From Candidatus Parcubacteria bacterium (GTDB taxonomy: Bacteria; Patescibacteriota; Patescibacteriia; Patescibacteriales; UBA12075): a stretch of DNA of 64,000 nt. The notes below the pieces were generated by a model. It had not been told where the DNA came from. It was given only the letters and a program-made list of their open reading frames with translations, and ran no database searches. The stretch spans positions 9,616 through 73,615 of the forward strand of contig PKTK01000008.1 of the NCBI GenBank assembly GCA_002869165.1. The letters are read 5' to 3'. Below, piece by piece: positions 11,001 to 20,000 of the stretch (position 1 is its first letter; every line of letters starts with the position of its first letter). The position numbers were made by a program, and so were the translations under genes.

Positions 11001-14000
11001 TCCGCCAGCAGCTTGGTCATAAGTCAATACTATATAATTCCAGCCATTATCTATGGTAGCTGTAGCTACTTGATTATTTATGTATGCACTTAAATTTTTA
11101 TCGCTATCTAATTTTATTCGATAAGCATCGCTTCCCTTTTTAATGATATCAACTGGGACATTATATTTTATAAGCAAATAACCATCTCCGCCACTACTAC
11201 CTGCTAAAGTAGAATTTCCACCCGTTCCACCTGAGCCAATACCACTTACATAGTCTGAATCATCTGTATTAGCCGCAATATTTCCAGAACCTGATTCAGT
11301 CGAGCTTGAAATTGCCAGCAAAGACACATAGGTGGATCCGCCTCCACCACCGGCACCTGCTCCAGTAGCTCCAGCTGACGAACCGCCTCCACCACCGTAG
11401 TATCCGCTACCGCCACCGCCACCGCCAGCATTTCCTGGTCCCTGAACAGTAGCTCCGCCACCATCTCCACCATTAGTAACACCTCCGTTATTTTCTGATC
11501 CATCTGCACCTTCACCATTTCTGCCATCGGCACCAGCACCACCAGTAATACTAGCTCCATCCGAACCAGTATTGTTTCCACCTGTACCACCGGTACCACC
11601 AGCTGACAAAGTAGCTCCACCACCGCCACCGGCTGAACCAGAATCACTACCATCACTACCACTGATAGCGCCACCAGCGCCACCAGCGCCACCATCTGAA
11701 GCTGTATCATAACCGCCACCGCCACCGCCACCGGCTGCTACCACGATTAAAGTATTAGAATCCGATGCTCTGACAACTTCTGTACGGCCACCGCCACCGC
11801 CACCGCCACCAGCGGTTGAACCATCATAAGTTCCGCCGCCACCAGCGCCACCAACATGTACGTTTAAAGTCTCGCCTGGACTAACATTAAAAATTGCTTC
11901 CCCGTAAGCACCACCGCCGCCGATACCACCTTGACTAGCTCCGTTCGATCCTCCTGAACCACCACCGCCACCGGCTCCCCATGACTTTACAGTGATTTGT
12001 GTAACTCCATCAGGAACTACAAAATTATCACTACCAACCACAGAAAAAATAGTAGTCGAAGAATTCTCAGCCACAGAAGCATTCATCCAAAAACTCATAC
12101 TCATAGAACTTGTAAAATCTAAACTTGCGCTATCAGCAACACTAATATAATCATCAATACCATAAAATGACTGACCATTATATATCCAAGCGCCCAATTC
12201 ATTATTTCCGTACTGAGAACCATAATTTGAATTGCCACTGTAATCAAAATGGATATCTACTTGAGAACTGTCGTCAATCACATTTTCATCCAAATGCCAC
12301 ACGCCACTAAAATTATTCATACAAACACCTGTGCTTGTAGAAAGATCAGTTGACCAAGAAGAATTGCCATAATACATGTAAACAACCGTATCAGACAAAG
12401 AAGAAATATTTGTCTTGATCCAAGCTACTAGTTCCCCACTTGAGCTATCAAAATTCTCAAGCTCGAACATTAAAGTTGTGGTTCCGCTAGAATCCGTAAA
12501 TAATATATCCAAACCATCGCTTCTAGCGTACGCTGCTAAATCACTATCAGTTGTAGTGGCTAGTAATGGATAATCATTTTGATCAGCCAGGACCAAACCT
12601 GAATCAATTGTTAAAATTTTTCGATACAACCAATCAGCATCGTACCAATCAGCTGGTAAAGAATAAGTAGTAGTAGAAACCTCCCATATGTGAGAACTAC
12701 AAACACCATAGGAAGTACCCGAACTACAAACATTTACTGGAACTTGATTACTTGAACTAAAATTAGATTCAACTGGAATTAATTCATAATAGAAGGTTAC
12801 TAGGTCCCCTGAATCCTGATCATGAACAGAAGATCTTAAAATAACATTATTTTCGTTTATCCAAGTATTATTTGGAATCAAGGTTATCCCGTCATCACGA
12901 TACTGATTATCAGCAGAAATATTTGTAGGACTAGCGTTAGTTTTAAAATTAAGCTGTGTAGAGCTTGCTTTATTACCAAGATTATCATAAGCCCAAATAT
13001 TTATTGAATACCAAGTATTGGGTTCCAAGCCGCTAATAGTGGTGGTAGCTGCTTCACCATAATCAACATTATCTAGATTAGGGTCATCACTTAGATCAAA
13101 CACTGTATCGTCTTCACTTACAGTTGTCGTTCCAGTATGATAATAAATCTTGTATTGATCAAAGCGAGAATCAAAAGATTCTGCTCCAAAATTTAAAACC
13201 ACACTATCAAAATTCTTTTTATTAATTGTTAAAGCGCCTGGTGTGCTTGGAGCTAAATTATCTATCAATACTAGTTTTGTATGAGTTGCTACTTGATCGA
13301 ATAAACCATCATTTACAACCAACCCTAAACAGTATGTGGTATTTGCATTAGGCGCATTATATTTAGAAAGCCAATCAAAAAATACATAGTTTTGCCCAAG
13401 TGAGGAAATAATCCAACTTGTGCTTGTGCCAACTTGATAAAAAGAGTTATTATCAATATCAGGATCACCATAAGTAGCTGATATATTTTCATCAGTTTCA
13501 TCAAGAGTGTCCTTGGCTGGTGTACTAAAGTCACAATCAATTCCTTCATCAAACAAAATTCTAGCTCTCAAGGTGTTGTCATTGTAAGGGTCATCTACTA
13601 AGATAGCAATATCTATAGCCCCTGTACCATCATCTTTTTGGTTGGTTGCCACCAAGAATCCAGTTGGCTGGTTATACGAGCTAGCAGTCGTTCCCAAAGT
13701 TTCAACAGTAGCACTTGCCTTATTACCTGCTTCATCATAAGCCCAGATATTAAATACATAGGTTGTATTAGCAGACAAATTCGTTAAAGTAGTAGTGCCA
13801 TATCCATTATAATCAATATAACCTAAATTTAAATCTGTGTGTTCATCATCAGTCTCATCAACTCCAGAAGTGCCAACTTTATAAAAAATTCGATAAGTAT
13901 CAAAATTATCCTCAACGGTTTCGGAGCCAAAAGTCAAAGAAATGGCTGTTGGACTGGAAGAAGCAAACACCAAACTACCTGGAGGAGTTGGTGCAACTGT

Positions 14001-17000
14001 ATCAATATATAAATTCGGCTGACTACCATAGGTCACCCAAGATGTACATTCAGAGTCGTCATCACATGCCATAACTTGCCACTTATAACCAGTTGATGAA
14101 CTTATTATACCGGTTATTGTAGTAGTGGCAATAAATGGTGTATCAATAAAAGTTCCCAGACCCGAACTGACATACCAAATCTTTGAAGCACAAGACTCGT
14201 AAGCAGTTCCTGAGGAACATGCTCCAACTGGTTCGCTAGCCCCAGAACTAGGGGTTGAATTATTATCAATAAATTCAAAATATAGAGAAAGAGTCTCATT
14301 TATATTTGGATCAATTACGATTGCTGTAAGTTGAATGGTATCACTGGCATGCCAGCTTGAATTGATAATTCTACTTGTACCGTCACCAGAAAATTGACCC
14401 AAGCTTACTGGATTATTCGGTAAGGTATTAGATGGTGCAGTGGTCAATTTAGCATACGAAGAATTCAAATAAGTATCAAGACTAGAGCTATCCCCCTCAA
14501 CCATTCTAAAACAATAACCAACATCTGAAGAAGCTGAATTATTAACAATAACCCAATCCCACTCACCATATCCACCAATCGCAATACTTTTTGGATTACT
14601 GACACTTGGATTAACCTCTTCGTATGACTCAGACACAGTTGATGTAGCCAATAAATACGAATCTAAAGTAGTGCCATCAATTGGTGAAGGATTGTTATAA
14701 GCTCTCCAGTCACTGTCAGCAGCTAACCCCCCCACATCATACCAATCAGAAATTGTCGTACAATCTGTACTAGTTCCATATTGTAATTTGAAAGTTTGAG
14801 TGTTGGTAGCAAGAAGCGAGCCACTAATAGCGATATTCATTCTTAATCTCAAGACATCAGCCAGATTAACATTACTAATACTCTCGCCTTCATTAGCCAT
14901 AGCAGTCACAGGACTGATAGCGTCATTATTTTCATACCAACGATAACTATATTGAGTAAAATCAGATGGTGGAGCATCCCATTGATATGTATATAACCAA
15001 ATAGAGTTCATTTTGGCTCCAGCTGAATCATCGGTTGGATTATAATTTGAAATACATGTCTGATAAACCTGATTGTCAATCGAGGTCATAGCTCCTCTGA
15101 TATTAAAATAATACTCGGTAAAACTATTTACACTATCCGTATGACTATAAAAGGAATTGCTACAACTAGGACTACTAGCTGAAATATTCGAGCCCAATGA
15201 GAACCAAGCACTTGTAACATCATTGTCACTATCATTTATTAAATAAGAACTAAGTAGACTAGCTGAACGCAAAGTCTTATCACCTCTTAATTCTGGAAAT
15301 ACTGCTCTTAAAGACTCAGAGCTAAAATTATGAGAATTAGCGCTAACATTTGATTGCCCACCAAAAAGGTTTATGGATGATAAATAACCACTAGTTTCAC
15401 CTGTATAAGTATAGGTGATCATCAGCTCTGCTGAAACACCACCAATATTATTTGAATCGTTAGTAGCATAAACTGAAACATTCTTAGCTGAATTTGCATT
15501 AGCAAGTTCTAATTCTGAATAATTGGAGCTAGGAATAACATGAATAATATTAAAACTCGGCTTAACAACAGAAGTTCCAGTATCCAAACTATAAACGTAG
15601 TTACTTGATTTGGAATTATCTCCAACCTTACTGGAAACTGTAATTGTTCTAGCTGCACCATCATATGAATTACTCACAACTCTAAACCAAGCCTTTTTAA
15701 TATCAACAATTCCATAACCTGAACCATTCTCAGGAAAATAAACGCTTGCTGTTGCGCTGGCAGTAGAAAGTGACTGACCATTAGTTAAAACTCCCAAAGG
15801 AAAAGAAACTGTTCTAGTTTTAATTGGAGCAGATAAAGAAGCACTATAAGTTTCAAAAACCTCGCCTCCATCCAAATAATAAGTTGCTACCCCCGGACTT
15901 TCGGCATGCATCTCTAAAATCTGGGCCGTATTCTCAGAAAAACCAGGCATTGCATCAAAGATCATCAAGGGAAGGTTTGACTGATCAGAGCCATTAACAG
16001 CTTCATGGATAAAAATATCTGAATCAACATCAGACCCTTGAATATTAATGTCAACATTTACATCACTTGAACCATTGCCATCATTAACTGAATACATTTC
16101 AAACCATTGAGACAAAGCACTCGACATCTCAGGAACTGTAACATTGTAAGTAAAAAGAGGACAATCCGAATTTTTTGAACAATCATCAGCTTGAGAGGTC
16201 ATACGACTACCACTATCACCACTATTACTTGACTCAAGCGGATAAATAACTGTATTGGTATAATTATCTGAGTCATCGTTATTAAAGGCGTATGTTATAA
16301 TCAACTTGGCTTTGGCGCTAGCAATAGAGCTTGTGGCTGAACCAGTTTCCAAACGATAACCAATTTGCGCTTCCATGTTCGTAGCATCACCAACATAAGT
16401 AGCTAACTGAACCTCGTCTGTCACATCCATAAGTAGTCTAACTTGATTACTTCCGCTTTCTCCATAAACCAAAGTTGTGTTATCATCAAGCAAAACATTA
16501 CCAGTCCCCGAAAAAGCATCAGCGGTGCAAGACTCCTGACAAACATCAAAAGCTAGATTAAAACCAGTGTAATTTGACGCATTGCTATGATAAGCTTCAA
16601 ACTGAGATTCAAACAAAACATAAGCATTTCTGATCTCCACCTCTGTTTCTGCTAGGTTAAAATTAAAACTAGAAAAAGTATGATTGGTGTCACTAAGTTT
16701 TCCACTATTTCCGTTTGCCGAATAAGTCCCCCCAAGAAACATTACACTTCTAGCTCTAGCATGTGGAGCTTGTGATGTCGTAACACTCAACTCAGTGGCA
16801 CTGGTATAATTACCTGCCCCATCATAAGCATAGATATTTATCACATACTGAGTGTAAGCCTCTAAACCAGTAATCGTTGTGGTAGCCGCACCATTATAAT
16901 CAATATATGATAGATTAGAATCGCTGTGTTCAGTATCCGCGGGACTTACTCCTAAAATTCCTTTTTTGTAAAAAATCTTATAATGACTGAAATTATTATC

Positions 17001-20000
17001 ACTTGCCTCTGAACCAAAATTAAGTTCAATACTGGTTGGAGTTGTAGTTGCAAGACTTAAATCACCTGGCGCATTAGGAGCGGTAGTATCGATCTTGAAA
17101 TTTGGAATACTTGGATTAAAGTCATCCCAACTTGAACAAGCGTTACTAGCATTACAGCTCATCACTTGCCATTTGTAACCAACATCTGAATCTGTGCTAG
17201 TGCCTCTATCCGGCAAAGATGTAATATTTACAATACCATTTGCATTAGGTTCAGTCTCTTGACTCCCTATCGATATAAATGTATTTACATCTTTCTGGTT
17301 ATTGTATTGAGTTCTTAACCAATTAGAACTTCTAGCAGTATTTGAAACCCTGATTTCATCAAGCTTACCATCCCATTCATAATCCTCATCCCCTGCTCTT
17401 CTACCAATACTTACGCTAAAACCGTCATCCAAACTGCTCATAGTAAGAGCAGAAGCGCTCAAGCCTTGCTCTTCACCATCAATAAAAATTCGCCAATAAG
17501 CACCATCAATTACCCAAGCAACATGATGCCAAGTACTTGAATCAGGGGCTATACCAGTAGTAGCAAAGTCAGCATTTGAATTATTTAAATCATTATAGAT
17601 CCTGATACCATTGGTATTATCAGCTAAATACATCCAGGTTCTGTCATTACCTCGACTATAAAAACTAATAATCGATTGATTTGCCACTGCATTGTTGTCT
17701 GTGTTTATCCAAGCCTCAGCGGTCATATTATCCAAAGCATTAAAACTAGCAGAAGTATTCAAATCAATCTGATTCCCCGCAGCAGCTCCTCCAAATTCAT
17801 CAGCTCCATCGATCTGTCCACTAGCATCTTGATTCGTCACACTTACAGTAGCCGAATCATTGCTATTAAAAGTTGAATCATAATGTACTCCTGAACTTTC
17901 TTCGAGATGTTGAACCATTACGTAATTAGAATCCCAAACACCGGTAGTCGTGGAATAATCTTGATTTACACTAGAATTTCCATAATAAATATAAATGTCT
18001 TTATTTGTTGTAGAAGAAATGTCTGTTTTAACCCAAATAACCAATTCCCCTGTACTTGGGTCATAATACTCTCTTTCAAAATTGAGCAAAGTCTGAGCAT
18101 CCGAATCAGTTACAACAATATCAGCGCCCGTACTTGAAGCTACGTTTCCTCCATTAGAAATATGAGCCAGATTTGGATCGGTTGTCGTTGCTAAAACAGG
18201 AAAACCTAACTCAGTTGACTCGACATAAGTTGAGTTAATTGTAAGTTTTTTGCGGTAGATCCAATTATCGTCATACCAAGCTGATGATGAAGCAAAAACA
18301 GTCCAAATCTTACTTGAGCATGAACCAAAAGCTGTTCCAGAAACACAGGAACTTCCTGGAGGATTAGTATCGGCTATAAAAGAACCATCATCCTTGGCAA
18401 CTTGAAAATAAAAGTCAACCTCAGTTGTTGTTGCATTAACATCACTAGCCAAAGCTGATAGCACAACTTCAGATTCATTTGTATAAGCATTATTAGCAAT
18501 TTCTGTTAAGCCGTTGCTTTTATACTGTTTATAGGCAGTGACTGAAAGAGCTGTGGCTGTTGTGAGACTAATTTCAGTTGAACTAGCTTTTTTGCCTGAT
18601 AAATCATATGCCCATATGTTAAAAACATAAGTAAGTCCGGGACTAAGACCATTGATAGTAGTGGTTTGAGCACTATTATAGTCTTGATAATTTAAATTGG
18701 AATCTAAATGTTCAGTATCAGACTCAGTAACTCCTGAACTACCTTCTTTATAAAAGATCTTATAATGACTAAAAAAAGTCTCGGTGGTACTGGCGCCAAA
18801 ATTCAAAGCAATAGAGGTTCCCAAAGTTGAATTTTCTGTCAGAGCACCAGGTGGGGTTGGCGAGGCCGTGTCAACATAAAAATTTGGTACACTTTCATTG
18901 TAGACACCCCAAGACGATGAATTACCAACTTCTTCTATGGCAAATACCTGCCATTTATATCCGCTTAATTCTTCAGGAATACTTGTGATACTTACCGTTC
19001 CGGTAGCTATTGAACCAGAAGCGCTAGCTTGAACCGTCCAAATATTAGAAGCACAACTACTATAAGTCGTACCACTACTACATGCTCCACTTGGAGTTGA
19101 TGTTGAAGTAGTAAATGAGCTTGAGCTAGCAATAAGCTCAAAATACAAATCAACATAAGAGGAGCCACCATCAAGATCAGAAGCTTGAGCATATAAAACC
19201 ACTTCATCATCCGTCCATCCACCGTTTGCTATTGTGGTTGTGGCATCTGCCTCATATTGTTCTTGACCCAAAACATTTAAAACAGTGATTGGTTTCAATT
19301 CAAGAGAAAAAGCCACCATATTATGATCTTGGGCAATTGGATTTGGTACAGCATCAACAGTTTCCTGGAGATCAGCATCAATCGTATGACTACCTGTACT
19401 CATAGAAGAAACAAAGAAATTATGTATAGCATTATAATCAGTTGATCCAGCTGGAAGTTCTCTAGCAAAATCATCAAAACCCGTTGGCGTGGTTGTATTA
19501 TCTACCTGAACACGTGTATACAAAACCTTTCTATTTTCCCCCATATTCACAACTTCATTTGACCAAACAAAAGTATCAGCAGTCGATTCAACATTATAAG
19601 AAGCCATAGAATGAGCCTGCACCCAAGTGCTTTGTGGCGCAATAGCCACCAAGCCTGTTCCTGTAGCGATCTGATGATCTCTAAAAGCATTTATGTTCAA
19701 AGCGAAAATCTTTGAATCTGTCCAATCTTGAGTAGCGGCAGCGTCAGCTGCGTAAACTCGCCAAGTTTCTGTTACGCTTATTATATCTCCTGTCATAGCA
19801 ACAAGCGGTCGATAATCATCTACATCCTCGCCTTCATAAGTTAAACTGGAAAAAATATTAGAATCGGTGGTATTATTAATACGCATCTGCATATCTGCTG
19901 AGGTTGAATCTGATAAAAATTGCCCCATAGCCATAACCATCCATTCATTGTTGCCACCACTAATATCTATACTAGCGCCATCGGTTGACCAAGCTGAACT

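Noticed and set aside
11246-11731. 161-aa same-strand ORF (MAVAVAVMIQ...) and other 60-120-aa ORFs inside the giant gene (e.g. 6263-6622, 13325-13552, 20453-20728)
   Set aside because: These are alternative-frame or antisense read-outs of the giant ORF. They have low-complexity or stop-poor composition and no independent signals.
11160-12023. GC-rich island as evidence of horizontal transfer
   Set aside because: The GC excess is fully explained by dense GGN glycine codons. The segment is in frame within a continuous domain architecture.
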